A stretch of DNA of 64,000 bases, taken from NCBI GenBank assembly GCA_025677605.1, contig GCA_025677605.1_4110.1. One strand, written 5' to 3'. The notes beneath the pieces are model-generated. The model saw only the letters and a list, made by a program, of their open reading frames with translations. It was not told the DNA's origin and ran no database searches. Of this stretch, positions 1 through 9,572 are shown piece after piece. A program made the position numbers and the translations under genes. How positions within the stretch are numbered: the first letter of the stretch is position 1; each line of letters begins with the position of its first letter. This DNA comes from a phage.

Positions 1-205
1 TATTCATAAAGGATTGGTGTTTTATTTCCTATATATTCCGATGATTTTTTGATAGCATATCCTAAGATTTTTATCGATGTGTGTTTATTTGAAATTTCAT
101 TTGTATAAAATTTCGGTGTTTTAATATTATGAGTGTTGTAAATTACATTTATATTTTCAGCCAACATATAATTGAATGTACGACCGCCGCGTATAATTTG
201 CATAT
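1..205 (-). CDS. hypothetical protein, N-terminal part only (ORF runs off window start)
   Basis: ATG (rc) at 203-205 after GGGAGA RBS and TGaTATAAT -10; open to position 1. Confidence 0.4.
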
Positions 206-360
206 TAAGTCTCCCTGATAATTGTAATTATTATATCACACATATATTTTTTATCCCATCTATGAACACATTCACACGCGACTAAGCATTAATAGCCTTT
301 ACTTTGATAATAATATAATAACAGTCCGAAACTATTTCATACGTTATAGTGTACTGGTTA

Positions 361-391
361 AAATAAAAAACGATGCATTTTTAAAATGCAC
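361..391 (-). terminator. intrinsic terminator (palindrome GCATTTTTAAAATGC + U-run on minus strand)
   Basis: perfect palindrome 375-389 flanked by A-run on plus strand, just downstream of the 438..647 stop. Confidence 0.45.
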
Positions 392-437
392 CGATTATTT
401 TCTGACTAATAGTTTTAGTACTGAATCATTTAATTCA

Positions 438-647
438 TTAATCATTACTTACTGCAATGATAATCTGCGTATCCGCGTAGTCCTGCCAGACTTCACCGCC
501 AGCCTTTGCCCTGGTTAGTCGTGCTGTCATCTGCTTAACAGTCTTAGGCTTTAGTGGAACCTGTTGCAGTACTGTACGCATAGCATCATCGATGTTATCG
601 TGTACGCCTGCAATAGTACCTAGAACGCTGTATACTGTATAGATCAT
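438..647 (-). CDS. hypothetical protein (69 aa)
   Basis: track ORF; AGGAG RBS upstream of ATG. Confidence 0.6.
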   Translation of the reverse strand: MIYTVYSVLGTIAGVHDNIDDAMRTVLQQVPLKPKTVKQMTARLTRAKAGGEVWQDYADTQIIIAVSND

Positions 648-715
648 GTGTATGTACTCCTGATATAGTTAAGGCCGCTACAAGGCGGCCTATGATGTTT
701 GGTGATGTGTAATGC

Positions 716-1117
716 TTACAGTCCTAAGATTGTGCGTGCTTCGTTACGCTCCTTAGTCTGCTGCATGATGTAAGCGAGCAAGTCCTTACTAATGTATCCC
801 GTGTCCATAGCTTCACGGATGGATACATCATAAGCACCGAACCCCGTGCGAACGATACGCACATCATTCAGGTTAGTGTTATAGATACCGCCGAGATCAA
901 CGGCTTCAAATACTGCATCAACAGTATATTCATTGTTACCATCATTGAAGTTTTCCAGTTCAATCGTATTGTTAGTTGCCCAACGTTTACAGCTTCCAAT
1001 GATGCGGCAATATTCAGGGTGCATGTGACCATTGTTTACAGCATACTCCATGCCAGCTTTACCAAAAGTCCGAGCCAGTACTAAAACGTCAGCGTAGGAA
1101 GTGATTGAGAAAGTCAT
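716..1117 (-). CDS. hypothetical protein (133 aa)
   Basis: track ORF 716..1174 trimmed to internal ATG at 1115-1117 after AAGGAG; upstream codons are the 5' UTR hairpin. Confidence 0.6.
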   Translation of the reverse strand: MTFSITSYADVLVLARTFGKAGMEYAVNNGHMHPEYCRIIGSCKRWATNNTIELENFNDGNNEYTVDAVFEAVDLGGIYNTNLNDVRIVRTGFGAYDVSIREAMDTGYISKDLLAYIMQQTKERNEARTILGL

Positions 1118-1207
1118 GGTAGTACTCCTTAAGTTAGGAGGGAGAACCATTTCCCCCCTCTCTATGTAAAACATTATACACTTTACTAAGTACTATGCAA
1201 GTACTTT

Positions 1208-1540
1208 TTACATTTTAATACCTGGATTCAGGTAGCGGTGAGATCCATATTCTGGATCGGTTTCGGTCCAGTACTGTAAATCGATAGTACCTTTAGCGTT
1301 AATCTTGTCTACCAGCTTATTCATCTTAGCGTATACTACGTCCGCATCGATGCGTTTAAAGCCAGTAGCTTTAGTGTAGTAGTAGTGATTTGCTTCACTA
1401 TCATTGAGGATATACCGAGCACCGTTTGCAGTTTGTGCGATAATGATTGAGTATTCTACTTCCCGATCCAGCCCGTCAATGAATACAGATGAAACATTGG
1501 TACGGATGAAAGCGTTTACGATAGCGATTGAAGTACTCAT
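1208..1540 (-). CDS. hypothetical protein (110 aa)
   Basis: track ORF; GGAGAT RBS; early promoters upstream. Confidence 0.6.
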   Translation of the reverse strand: MSTSIAIVNAFIRTNVSSVFIDGLDREVEYSIIIAQTANGARYILNDSEANHYYYTKATGFKRIDADVVYAKMNKLVDKINAKGTIDLQYWTETDPEYGSHRYLNPGIKM

Positions 1541-1727
1541 TTTGAATCTCCTAACTTTGTGGACCGTCGCACCATTGCCGCCCTACGAGATACATTATTG
1601 CAGTACTGCTATACTTTGTCAATAGTTTTTTATTAATAGTTTTCACTCCACCAGCAGATAGTTACTCACCGTTATTAACTATATATTTTAGATACACCTA
1701 TGCACCCGGTGGGCTAGTTTTTGTCTA

Positions 1728-1775
1728 TGCGTATATAATAGCAAAGGGACTGACCGGAGTCAATCCCTTTTTTTA
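1728..1775 (-). promoter_or_regulatory. terminator-promoter module (early-block variant)
   Basis: AGGGACTGACCGGAGTCAATCCCT stem + T7; same 90-bp module at 4803-4847, 8094-8138, 10845-10886. Confidence 0.55.
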
Positions 1776-1785
1776 TTCTTTTTTG

Positions 1786-1986
1786 TTAGATGATCTTCCA
1801 ATCTTCCACGATCATTGTAAGATACCGAACCATCGATTCGAGTGATTCGAATTCACGATAATCTGTCGCCCCACCAGCGGTACAAGTACAGCCGATTAAG
1901 CCGGATTGTAGTTCCTGGATCTTTACGTCGATCAGGTTAGCTTTAGCATCTTTCAGTACTTCAACCAGGGCGATAGCGATAGACAT
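1786..1986 (-). CDS. hypothetical protein (66 aa)
   Basis: track ORF; promoter + UTR hairpin at 1990-2050. Confidence 0.6.
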   Translation of the reverse strand: MSIAIALVEVLKDAKANLIDVKIQELQSGLIGCTCTAGGATDYREFESLESMVRYLTMIVEDWKII

Positions 1987-2075
1987 AATGTTTTACTCCA
2001 AACTATTGGCGGGAGAACTATTCCCCCGCTCTATGTAAAACATTATACACTATATGATAGTACTGTCAAATAGTT

Positions 2076-2333
2076 TTATGAGATATCCTCGATATAGTCG
2101 GCCCATTTCATTTTTTCAGTACTGTCAAGTGCAATCGGATTGTTAGGATCAAACCATTCACCATTACCGCAATACATCCCCACGGCAACGGTTTTATATC
2201 CATCCTGGGCCGTATTCCATGCAAGGCCACGATAGATACGGCCTTTAACTGGTTGCAGTACTGGTAACGTTTTATGGTCTTCTACGTAGGCCATAGCTTG
2301 AGGATTTACCCGATATTGTGTGAATTGTTCCAT
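2076..2333 (-). CDS. hypothetical protein (85 aa)
   Basis: track ORF 2076..2384 trimmed to ATG at 2331-2333 (MEQFTQY); upstream codons lie in UTR hairpin. Confidence 0.55.
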   Translation of the reverse strand: MEQFTQYRVNPQAMAYVEDHKTLPVLQPVKGRIYRGLAWNTAQDGYKTVAVGMYCGNGEWFDPNNPIALDSTEKMKWADYIEDIS

Positions 2334-2415
2334 GATGTTTCCCCTTTTAATATTGGGGGAGGATATCTCCCCTATGCAAAACATTATACACTATCAGTTA
2401 GTACTGTCAATACTA

Positions 2416-2682
2416 TCAATTAAATTTAGGATGTATTTCAATGTAGTCACAATAAGGAAAATATTCAATATAACGCGTAGTGATTGGATGTAACGGATCG
2501 GACCATACACCGTCACCCTCATAGCGTGCTATTGGGCCTTTTAAGTACTTTTGTTGTTTCCTTGACCAGTATATGGATTGATAGACTACACCAACGGCAG
2601 GAACAACGAGCGGGAGCATAGAGTGATCTAATACAACGGATTGATAATTTTTATTATAGCGATATGTTGTTTTCTTTTTCAT
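2416..2682 (-). CDS. hypothetical protein (88 aa)
   Basis: track ORF; promoter + hairpin at 2690-2740. Confidence 0.55.
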   Translation of the reverse strand: MKKKTTYRYNKNYQSVVLDHSMLPLVVPAVGVVYQSIYWSRKQQKYLKGPIARYEGDGVWSDPLHPITTRYIEYFPYCDYIEIHPKFN

Positions 2683-2734
2683 TGTTAACCTATTATAGAA
2701 ATTATTAAGGGGATATTATCATCCCCTTTTATTG

Positions 2735-2959
2735 TTATACTAGATTATTTAATCCTCTTATGGTTGATGCTTTTTCTTCTTTCTCCCATTGGCGGTAATA
2801 CTTCCATGCTTCGTGATAGGTGGCGATCAGTTTATCTTTCTCTTCCTGGGGGCTATTCAGGAATGTATCCCGATAATCAGTACTATAGATTACATCGAAT
2901 GGTTTTTTCTCAAAGGCCAGGTCTGCAACTACTGATTCAAGTACTTCGTATGTGGTCAT
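2735..2959 (-). CDS. hypothetical protein (74 aa)
   Basis: track ORF; AAAGGTG RBS. Confidence 0.6.
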   Translation of the reverse strand: MTTYEVLESVVADLAFEKKPFDVIYSTDYRDTFLNSPQEEKDKLIATYHEAWKYYRQWEKEEKASTIRGLNNLV

Positions 2960-3026
2960 GATATTACACCTTTTAGTGGGGGAGGATATCTCCCCCTATG
3001 CAAAACATTATACTTTGTTTTACTTA

Positions 3027-3290
3027 CTATGCAAGTACTTTTTTCATATAAAGGTTATATTCTACACCGCCGTAACCTTCTACGATGATATGTTTTGCGT
3101 TATCACGTTTGCACATAGTGAAACCGTTGTTGATGTGTTCTGCATTTTCCAGGGATACATCACCGATAGCGGCACATACAGCACTTATAACAGTATTCCG
3201 CAAAGTACTGGTATCGTTAGCGGTCATAGTAGTTTGCAGTACTACGTTGTCGTATACGTGTGCATTGATAGTGATTTCGATAGTGTTCAT
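3027..3290 (-). CDS. hypothetical protein (87 aa)
   Basis: track ORF; AGGAGAT RBS. Confidence 0.6.
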   Translation of the reverse strand: MNTIEITINAHVYDNVVLQTTMTANDTSTLRNTVISAVCAAIGDVSLENAEHINNGFTMCKRDNAKHIIVEGYGGVEYNLYMKKVLA

Positions 3291-3376
3291 GGTGTATCTC
3301 CTGGACTTGAGGGGAAACCATTTCCCCTCTCGATATAAAACATTATACGTTAATCTAACTACAATGCAAGTACTTT

Positions 3377-3568
3377 TTAAATTTTATTTCCGATATAGTC
3401 CGGCCTATTCTTTTCAGTCATACGCTTTGCTAATGTTTGTATATGGCTTATCGCGTTTAAGGTGTCTTCCTCCAGGGATGAATCAACATAATCAGGATCA
3501 TTCTTAACCTTGCAATGATTATGATAGCGTAGTACTGCAAGTACTTTTTTAACTTCTTCAACTGTCAT
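3377..3568 (-). CDS. hypothetical protein (63 aa)
   Basis: track ORF; start overlaps stop of 3565..3837 by 4 nt (translational coupling). Confidence 0.55.
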   Translation of the reverse strand: MTVEEVKKVLAVLRYHNHCKVKNDPDYVDSSLEEDTLNAISHIQTLAKRMTEKNRPDYIGNKI

Positions 3569-3837
3569 AATAAGTATTCCACTTCGTTAGCTTTCAGGTT
3601 AGTATCAATCATTAGTGGATTTTTGTAGTCCACAAAACGTTTAGTTTTCTCGATAGCGAAGCCCATATAATCCATCTTGCTTACAGTGCATTCATTCTTA
3701 AAAACTTCTTTCGCTGCATTGATGGCTGATTCCATTGATAACCGACCATCTAAGTTAATATTTCCAAATGATCCACCAGCAGAAGTAGGATTACCGTTCA
3801 TATCTTTAATGATCATAGTAGCGGAGTAGCTAGACAT
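3565..3837 (-). CDS. hypothetical protein (90 aa)
   Basis: track ORF; promoter 3888-3920 and hairpin 3860-3878 upstream. Confidence 0.6.
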   Translation of the reverse strand: MSSYSATMIIKDMNGNPTSAGGSFGNINLDGRLSMESAINAAKEVFKNECTVSKMDYMGFAIEKTKRFVDYKNPLMIDTNLKANEVEYLL

Positions 3838-3859
3838 AATTTTGTTTCCTTTTATTGGT

Positions 3860-3878
3860 GGGGAGAACTATTCTCCCC
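3860..3878 (-). promoter_or_regulatory. 5' UTR stem-loop GGGGAGAAC-tat-TCTCCCC (example of more than 30 copies)
   Basis: inverted repeat lying between the -10 element and the RBS. Confidence 0.6.
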
Positions 3879-3887
3879 TTGATGTAA

Positions 3888-3920
3888 ACTATTATACAGT
3901 ACTGATATACTTTGTCAAGT
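3888..3920 (-). promoter_or_regulatory. sigma70-type early promoter (TTGACA, 16 bp, TATAAT; T5/T4-early-like)
   Basis: rc of 3913-3918 is TTGACA and of 3891-3896 is TATAAT. Confidence 0.65.
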
Positions 3921-3924
3921 ACTT

Positions 3925-4329
3925 TTATTCGCCCATATAGATTAGATTATCATCGCCCACATAGGGATCGCAAACGTTGATTTCTTCGCAGTACTTAGTG
4001 AATACATCGTCATAGTGACCGATATCACGATCCCAAAAGCCAGTACCGTGACCTTCGCGAGTAAGAAAGAGATCATGACCTGCATGATTATAAGTATAAT
4101 CAGGATTATGGTGTTTTTGTACTGCTTCCATTTCATTACTAAACTTTTCAAGGAAACGAGAACATGCAATCACCGCCGCTTGATGGGCTTGCTCTGATAA
4201 TTCGTAATCTTCCAGGTAGTCGCCGTTCTCATTGTGTACAGTACTGAATTGCATAGCTTCAATGTAACCAGCGACCATAGCAGCATGATTTTTATCGTTG
4301 GCGATGTTCCGGGCTTGATTAGTAGTCAT
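3925..4329 (-). CDS. hypothetical protein (134 aa)
   Basis: track ORF; promoter 4378-4410 and hairpin 4349-4367 upstream. Confidence 0.6.
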   Translation of the reverse strand: MTTNQARNIANDKNHAAMVAGYIEAMQFSTVHNENGDYLEDYELSEQAHQAAVIACSRFLEKFSNEMEAVQKHHNPDYTYNHAGHDLFLTREGHGTGFWDRDIGHYDDVFTKYCEEINVCDPYVGDDNLIYMGE

Positions 4330-4377
4330 GATTTTATTCCTTTGTGCTGGGGAGAACTATTCTCCCCTTGATGAAAA

Positions 4378-4410
4378 CTATTATACAGTACTAAGATACT
4401 TTGTCAATAC
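4378..4410 (-). promoter_or_regulatory. sigma70-type early promoter
   Basis: rc TTGACA at 4402-4407, 16 bp spacer, TATAAT at 4380-4385. Confidence 0.65.
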
Positions 4411-4632
4411 TTAATTACGTTTAAAATGATATGTGCCTTTATCATCCTGTACGCCCCATACTGATTTACCATCAACACCAGTGAAGCCGGATTGTAATTC
4501 AATATGGAAACCATTATTATCAACTACAAAAACTTTTTTATTTTCATCCCGATAACATTGATATTCTGAATCAACATTAAAGGCCGCATCATTCAGAAGA
4601 TTGGAAGCGTAAATGCAAGTCATTGTAGTCAT
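4411..4632 (-). CDS. hypothetical protein (73 aa)
   Basis: track ORF 4411..4707 trimmed to ATG at 4630-4632 (MTTMTCIY) after AAGGA. Confidence 0.55.
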   Translation of the reverse strand: MTTMTCIYASNLLNDAAFNVDSEYQCYRDENKKVFVVDNNGFHIELQSGFTGVDGKSVWGVQDDKGTYHFKRN

Positions 4633-4854
4633 GATTTTATTCCTTATTACCAGGGAGAACCGTTCCCCCCTCTCGATATAAAACATTATACTTGATTCTA
4701 AGTACAATGCAAGTACTTTTTAAAAATAGTTTTCAGTACTGACAATACTTATATTATAGATACACTTATGCACCCTATGGGTCAGTGAGTTATCTCTCAA
4801 TGACTATATAATAGCAAAGGGACTGACTGGAGTCAATCCCTTTTTTAATCTTTT

Positions 4855-5439
4855 TTATCGTGTTATAGTTACGGCTTTTACGTCGCGTTGTTTATAGTAC
4901 TGATTCCAGATATTGCGGGTTAAACCGTAATCAAGTACTTTAATCAGGCCATTGCGATCTTGGCCTATGTTCTGCTTTCTGATATCTCTTATCGTTAGTG
5001 TTGATAAGGTATCATCAACGTGTTGTAGTGCATCAGCGAAATGGTGTTGGCGTTCAATAGTGTTACGTTTGACATTGTACTTTAATTCATTGCAAGCGTT
5101 AACGTGCTTTACACTGCCTTTGCTTGCAGTACTCAAACGATCCATAACAATAAACATATTATCAGGATCGCTTAAATGCATATGCACCTTAGCAAAGTAC
5201 TGTTTAAGGTGAGGGCGGTCATAATCTAAAAAATTCCATACCTTACATTCTGTTTCATTTTGTTCTACGCCAGCGTCACAATTAGCGACCTTAATCACTA
5301 ACCGATCATTTAAAGCGAATACGATACGGGATGATCCGGCCCCGATGATCTCCAGACCAGCCAACCGACAAGCTGTAAGGATCTCTTTGTTAGTTTCCAT
5401 TTCTGCCAGTGTACGGATGAATTTAGTATAATTACGCAT
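4855..5439 (-). CDS. putative small protein kinase-like protein (194 aa)
   Basis: Gly-rich loop IIGAGSSRIVF, lysine in VIKVA, catalytic-loop-like IRDIRKQN, DYG in place of DFG; by eye only. Confidence 0.4.
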   Translation of the reverse strand: MRNYTKFIRTLAEMETNKEILTACRLAGLEIIGAGSSRIVFALNDRLVIKVANCDAGVEQNETECKVWNFLDYDRPHLKQYFAKVHMHLSDPDNMFIVMDRLSTASKGSVKHVNACNELKYNVKRNTIERQHHFADALQHVDDTLSTLTIRDIRKQNIGQDRNGLIKVLDYGLTRNIWNQYYKQRDVKAVTITR

Positions 5440-5508
5440 TGCATTTACTCTTTAAGATAGCAGGGAGGTATTCCCTGCCTTGATGTGACTATTATATGTT
5501 AGTACTAA

Positions 5509-5736
5509 TTAGATTGCAACAGTTTTATTTGCAATTACAGAATGAATTGCGGTTTTACCTGATTTAGTACTGAATACATTAGCACGACCATTTTCAATAG
5601 TGATGCGGTATTCACCTTTACTATCAATGAGGTTGATAAATTCAGGAGTACTAAACCGAGTTACTTTAAAAGTCAGTACATTGAGTAGGTCCACCAGCGT
5701 AGTAGTTTCTTTGATGCGTTCTAAGATATTAATCAT
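5509..5736 (-). CDS. hypothetical protein (75 aa)
   Basis: track ORF. Confidence 0.55.
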   Translation of the reverse strand: MINILERIKETTTLVDLLNVLTFKVTRFSTPEFINLIDSKGEYRITIENGRANVFSTKSGKTAIHSVIANKTVAI

Positions 5737-5794
5737 TTTGTTTCTCCCCGTGTTGGTATAGATACATAGTACTAAAACAATTGAGTACTGTCAA

Positions 5795-6013
5795 TTAGAT
5801 AATTGCATATTTCTTTAAAGATAATGCGTCTTGTGTTGGCTGATACTCGATACCGTTACCGTTATCTACTTTAACTAATAAACCTTTGTCAATTAGTTTT
5901 TTAATAGTCCGTTGGCCTTGTTGAAAATTGGTAAAATGTGAATCATTACGAAAGGTATAACCGTGCTTAACTGCTTCATCAATAGTTTTCTTTTCGATTT
6001 TAGATAATTTCAT
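5795..6013 (-). CDS. hypothetical protein (72 aa)
   Basis: track ORF 5795..6070 trimmed to ATG at 6011-6013; upstream 58 bp duplicates the 5737-5795 promoter region. Confidence 0.5.
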   Translation of the reverse strand: MKLSKIEKKTIDEAVKHGYTFRNDSHFTNFQQGQRTIKKLIDKGLLVKVDNGNGIEYQPTQDALSLKKYAII

Positions 6014-6066
6014 TTTGTTTCTCCCGTGTTGGTATAGATACATAGTACTAAAACAATTGAGTACTG

Positions 6067-6321
6067 TCAACGTGATATTAGTTTTATTTTCTTATTATAT
6101 TGTTGGTGTTCATATAGGTTTATCTTTCCTGTATTCTCGATTACTATTCTGTTGTTGGTGTCCACGTCGATTACACGCAGTTTGCCGTTGCTTAACTTCC
6201 TGGGCAATAGATTACCATTAATAAACTCATTAGCAAGCTGTACGGCCTTTGTGATGATTCTCTGTGGTGCTTTATAGTGTACCCGCAAGATATTATCTTT
6301 TGATAGTTGAACCTTAATCAT
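6067..6321 (-). CDS. hypothetical protein (84 aa)
   Basis: track ORF. Confidence 0.55.
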   Translation of the reverse strand: MIKVQLSKDNILRVHYKAPQRIITKAVQLANEFINGNLLPRKLSNGKLRVIDVDTNNRIVIENTGKINLYEHQQYNKKIKLISR

Positions 6322-6383
6322 TTTAGTTTATCCTATAAAAAAGGCGGGAACTGATCCCGCCGTGTTGTTAGTACTGCAAGTTA

Positions 6384-6788
6384 TTAGATAACCTGGCGGC
6401 GTTTACTGTATACGGTAACACGGTTTCCCTTACGGTCATGACGGATCTCTCGTTTGTTGCGAATCAGTTCACTTGGACGCTTCAGGTTTACCAGGTGATC
6501 CGCGTGAGTCCATGCATTCGAATTTACCTGTACTTTAATATCAGAACCAGCGATAAATTCATCTTGAGCGTTAAGTACTGCTGACAGTTCATCAGCTTTC
6601 TTCTGTTCTGCTGCTGTCAGTACTGGCTCCGGTGAATTCACAATATCAGAGATTTCTTTGAACTGTACGGCCCAGCGTTGACCTTTCGGTGCGGTCGTGC
6701 CCATGTCTTTAAATGCTGCTCCTTCCTCGCGTGCAACAATACGGGCAGCTTCACGGGTAGCGTAGAATTTAGTAATCATGGTATACAT
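6384..6788 (-). CDS. hypothetical protein (134 aa), paralog of 18198..18464
   Basis: shares ATRE.AR..G.AFKDMG and C-terminal HDRKGNRVTVYS with 18198..18464. Confidence 0.6.
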   Translation of the reverse strand: MYTMITKFYATREAARIVAREEGAAFKDMGTTAPKGQRWAVQFKEISDIVNSPEPVLTAAEQKKADELSAVLNAQDEFIAGSDIKVQVNSNAWTHADHLVNLKRPSELIRNKREIRHDRKGNRVTVYSKRRQVI

Positions 6789-6874
6789 CCTATTAGTTAA
6801 GTTAGTACTACAAGTTAGAGTCTATTATAAAGTACTATCTGGGCAATGTCAAATAGTACTTTAAATGGATTCTA

Positions 6875-7198
6875 TTACATATCTTTCTTACGTTTTACAT
6901 CGTTGTAGCGAACTGTGATTTCTTTGTTGATCTCTTTCTCAATGTGGTGAATAACTTTTTCTTTCGGGTTGAAACCTATAACCGTTTCTTTAATGATCTC
7001 CAAGCCCGTGTATTCGCCTTGTGTACCGTAACCGTAAGTAAAGGTTTCATGTCCCAGGTCTTCCCAGCGGTCGCCAATCAACGCAGACACGTAGCAAGAG
7101 TGGTAAGTATTGCCGTGTGAATCAGTCCACCGATTAACTTTAATGTCAAAGGATGTTACAATTTTCAGTTCTACTTTCTGGGTAAGGATCATAGCCAT
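6875..7198 (-). CDS. hypothetical protein (107 aa), paralog of 12672..13016
   Basis: shares GNTY, YGYG and C-terminal DVKRKKD with 12672..13016. Confidence 0.6.
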   Translation of the reverse strand: MAMILTQKVELKIVTSFDIKVNRWTDSHGNTYHSCYVSALIGDRWEDLGHETFTYGYGTQGEYTGLEIIKETVIGFNPKEKVIHHIEKEINKEITVRYNDVKRKKDM

Positions 7199-7286
7199 TT
7201 TTATTTCTCTCTTTTAGTTAGGAGGGGAACCGTTTCCCCTCACTCGATGTAAACTATTATACAGTACTAAGATACTTTGTCAATAC

Positions 7287-7469
7287 TTATTTTTTGGAAA
7301 GTTTACGCATTAATTCTACGCTTTCTTGTGAACGTTTTGCTACCTGGCAATCTGCATGGGCAGTAAACATTTTTGTATAGTCTGACGCTTTGCCACCGAA
7401 CCGAGCGGCACGTTCACGGGCACTTGGAACTAATACAATTTCTTTCTTACAGATAGTGCACTTAGCCAT
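7287..7469 (-). CDS. hypothetical small Cys-containing protein (60 aa)
   Basis: track ORF; CxxC near N-terminus; 5' region near-identical to that of 6875..7198. Confidence 0.55.
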   Translation of the reverse strand: MAKCTICKKEIVLVPSARERAARFGGKASDYTKMFTAHADCQVAKRSQESVELMRKLSKK

Positions 7470-7556
7470 TTTTATTTCTCTCTTTTAGTTAGGAGGGGAA
7501 CCATTCCCCTCACTTGATGTAAACTATTATACAGTACTAAGATACTTTGTCAATAC

Positions 7557-7832
7557 TTAAGTATTGTAAATGTCGTGAATAGTGATAAAGTTTTTACGAC
7601 CGTAAACCTGTAAATCAGTATCAATGTAGTGCTTATCAAGTACATCCTCGACGCTTAACGCGGTGTCGTGAATATCTTCATAGAATTGAGGATCTACAAT
7701 CTTGCTTAAGTCATCCGGCGTTAACTTATCGTTAAGCCATTGAACCGCCTGGATATCTGCTTCACGTTTCCAGTCTTGCAGGTTAGTAGTCAGTACTTGC
7801 TCGATTTCGTTAGCTGTCAGTAGAATCCGCAT
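7557..7832 (-). CDS. hypothetical protein (91 aa)
   Basis: track ORF; tandem promoters and conserved leader element upstream. Confidence 0.6.
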   Translation of the reverse strand: MRILLTANEIEQVLTTNLQDWKREADIQAVQWLNDKLTPDDLSKIVDPQFYEDIHDTALSVEDVLDKHYIDTDLQVYGRKNFITIHDIYNT

Positions 7833-7909
7833 TTTATGTTTCCTTATCAGTAGTTGATGTAAGTATTATACTCGTTTACTTTCTATTGTCAAACTATTTT
7901 ATCAGGGGA

Positions 7910-7972
7910 GTTTTTCGTATGTCTTACTCCTGGACTACTTAACGGGGTTACTTGTTTCATTCCCCGTCCTGA
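7910..7972 (-). repeat. conserved leader/small-RNA-like element, copy A
   Basis: near-identical to 17947-18021 and related to 14888-14948; lies between two tandem promoters. Confidence 0.5.
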
Positions 7973-8147
7973 TGTAAAACATTATACTTGATTCTAAGTA
8001 CAATGCAAGTACTTTTTTAAAAATAGTTTTCAGTACTAGCCACCAGCAAACAATAGATACATTTATGCACCCGGTGGGCTAGTTTTTGTCTATGCATATA
8101 TAATAGCAAAGGGACTGACCGGAGTCAATCCCTTTTTTCAATTTATT

Positions 8148-8297
8148 TTATGCCTCGCGAGGGTTGCGATATGTGATAGCGTTCGGGTACATTTGTTTTA
8201 AGTTATTCCACGCCTGGTTAACACTGTATCCGCTGGACCGTATCAGTTGATGCATACCTTTACCCAAAAACGTAACTTCGAAAATGTATTCTTTCAT
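8148..8297 (-). CDS. hypothetical small protein (49 aa)
   Basis: hand-translated; AAGGGGG RBS; ATG overlaps stop of 8294..8467. Confidence 0.4.
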   Translation of the reverse strand: MKEYIFEVTFLGKGMHQLIRSSGYSVNQAWNNLKQMYPNAITYRNPREA

Positions 8298-8467
8298 GCT
8301 ACGGCCCCCTTGTCGGCTTTACCTTTACGCCAGGACGTTACTAATTGTTCGCGTTGCCATAAGTCGAGTGATACAAAAAGTTTTGCGGTATCACCCTTCG
8401 GATATTCGCCAGTAGTACCCATCCGATAAAACAAATCTTTCAGTACTGACAATTCTACATGGATCAT
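8294..8467 (-). CDS. hypothetical small protein (57 aa)
   Basis: hand-translated; AGGAG RBS 8 nt upstream of ATG. Confidence 0.45.
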   Translation of the reverse strand: MIHVELSVLKDLFYRMGTTGEYPKGDTAKLFVSLDLWQREQLVTSWRKGKADKGAVA

Positions 8468-8645
8468 TTTAGATAACTCCTGCTTTGCTTAAGTAAACTA
8501 ATACGGCCTGTACTGCCATAATGATTGCAATTACTACTATGAACGGATTCATGTGCATAACTGTTACCCTTATATGGTGGGGAGAAAACTTCTCCCCTTG
8601 ATGTAATTAATTATACAGTACTGTGATACTTTGTCAAATACTTTT

Positions 8646-8858
8646 TTAATCTTTCAGCCAATGATCTTGGATGAATTTTTCACCGAAGCCTTGCTGCATG
8701 GATTGTAACAGGCGTTCACGGTGTGCGGCGGCAAACTGCTCAGTACTATGCGTTACACCTGGTTGATATCTGGATTCACCATTGGGGGCGATGTATTGTA
8801 CATCCCACGGTTTAGCGTTAGTATCAGACCATTTACGAACGATTAGTTGACCTTGCAT
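8646..8858 (-). CDS. hypothetical protein (70 aa)
   Basis: track ORF 8646..8888 trimmed to ATG at 8856-8858 (MQGQLIV) after GAGGAAAG. Confidence 0.55.
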   Translation of the reverse strand: MQGQLIVRKWSDTNAKPWDVQYIAPNGESRYQPGVTHSTEQFAAAHRERLLQSMQQGFGEKFIQDHWLKD

Positions 8859-8944
8859 TTTTCTTTCCTCAGTACTGGGGAGAATCATTTCTCCCCTTCA
8901 TGTAACTTATTATACAGTACTATAATCTATTGTCTAGTACTTTT

Positions 8945-9133
8945 TTAAAGTTTATGTATCAGTTCTTTATCTAAGCGATAGCGTACATTATTAATAGTAA
9001 CGGCATTGTTTTTAATGCTACGCTGTACAGGTCCACCAGCAATAACAAACGTTGCCTTATTACCCCGAACAATGATAGCACTTCCTGGATTGCCGTATTC
9101 ATCTTGTACTAAAATACTTGATAAGTTTTCCAT
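8945..9133 (-). CDS. hypothetical protein (62 aa)
   Basis: track ORF; second ATG has better RBS spacing. Confidence 0.5.
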   Translation of the reverse strand: MENLSSILVQDEYGNPGSAIIVRGNKATFVIAGGPVQRSIKNNAVTINNVRYRLDKELIHKL

Positions 9134-9293
9134 TTTCATTTCCTCTTAGTAGGGGAAGATGTTTCCCCTTCATGTAAAACATTATACACTATCTTTCAGT
9201 ACTGTCAATTACTTTTTAGTACTTATTTAAACGCTCTCAATCGCATTCTAACGAGCTAATCTATTTTGTAGTACTATCGGATAGGTATATACT

Positions 9294-9323
9294 AAAAAGC
9301 CCACCAGCGTTAACCAGTGGGCT
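9294..9323 (-). terminator. intrinsic terminator (AGCCCACCAG..CTGGTGGGCT + U-run)
   Basis: inverted repeat with A-run on plus strand, directly after the 9320..9463 stop. Confidence 0.55.
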
Positions 9324-9463
9324 ATAATCTTACATCTTGCGGATAATCTTAACAGTATCTTTCACCGATTTACCGTCTTGCTGGCATTGTTCGATCATTG
9401 CGTATTGTTCTGCGGTCAGATCTTCGCCAGTTTTTGCCAGTACTGCTTCGATGAATGAATCCA
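9320..9463 (-). CDS. hypothetical small protein (47 aa)
   Basis: hand-translated; RBS AAGAGAGAAA; terminator follows. Confidence 0.45.
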
Positions 9464-9572
9464 GTGCGATCATTTTGTTTCTCTCTTAGGTTAAGTTAAC
9501 TACTGTTTATAAAACTTATTATACAGTACTATCAAACTATGTCAATATCTTTAATAGTACTGGTAATATATT

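Noticed and set aside
716-1174. N-terminal extensions of track ORFs containing FYIERGE-like peptides
   Set aside because: The extra codons are translations of the conserved 5' UTR hairpin and promoter; a proper RBS precedes an internal ATG, so starts were moved.
1404-3507. Plus-strand track ORFs (1404..1625, 2764..2961, 2952..3338, 3085..3507) inside the minus-strand early block
   Set aside because: They lie antisense to well-supported minus-strand genes, lack RBS and promoter, and several are Cys/Leu-rich reverse-frame artefacts.
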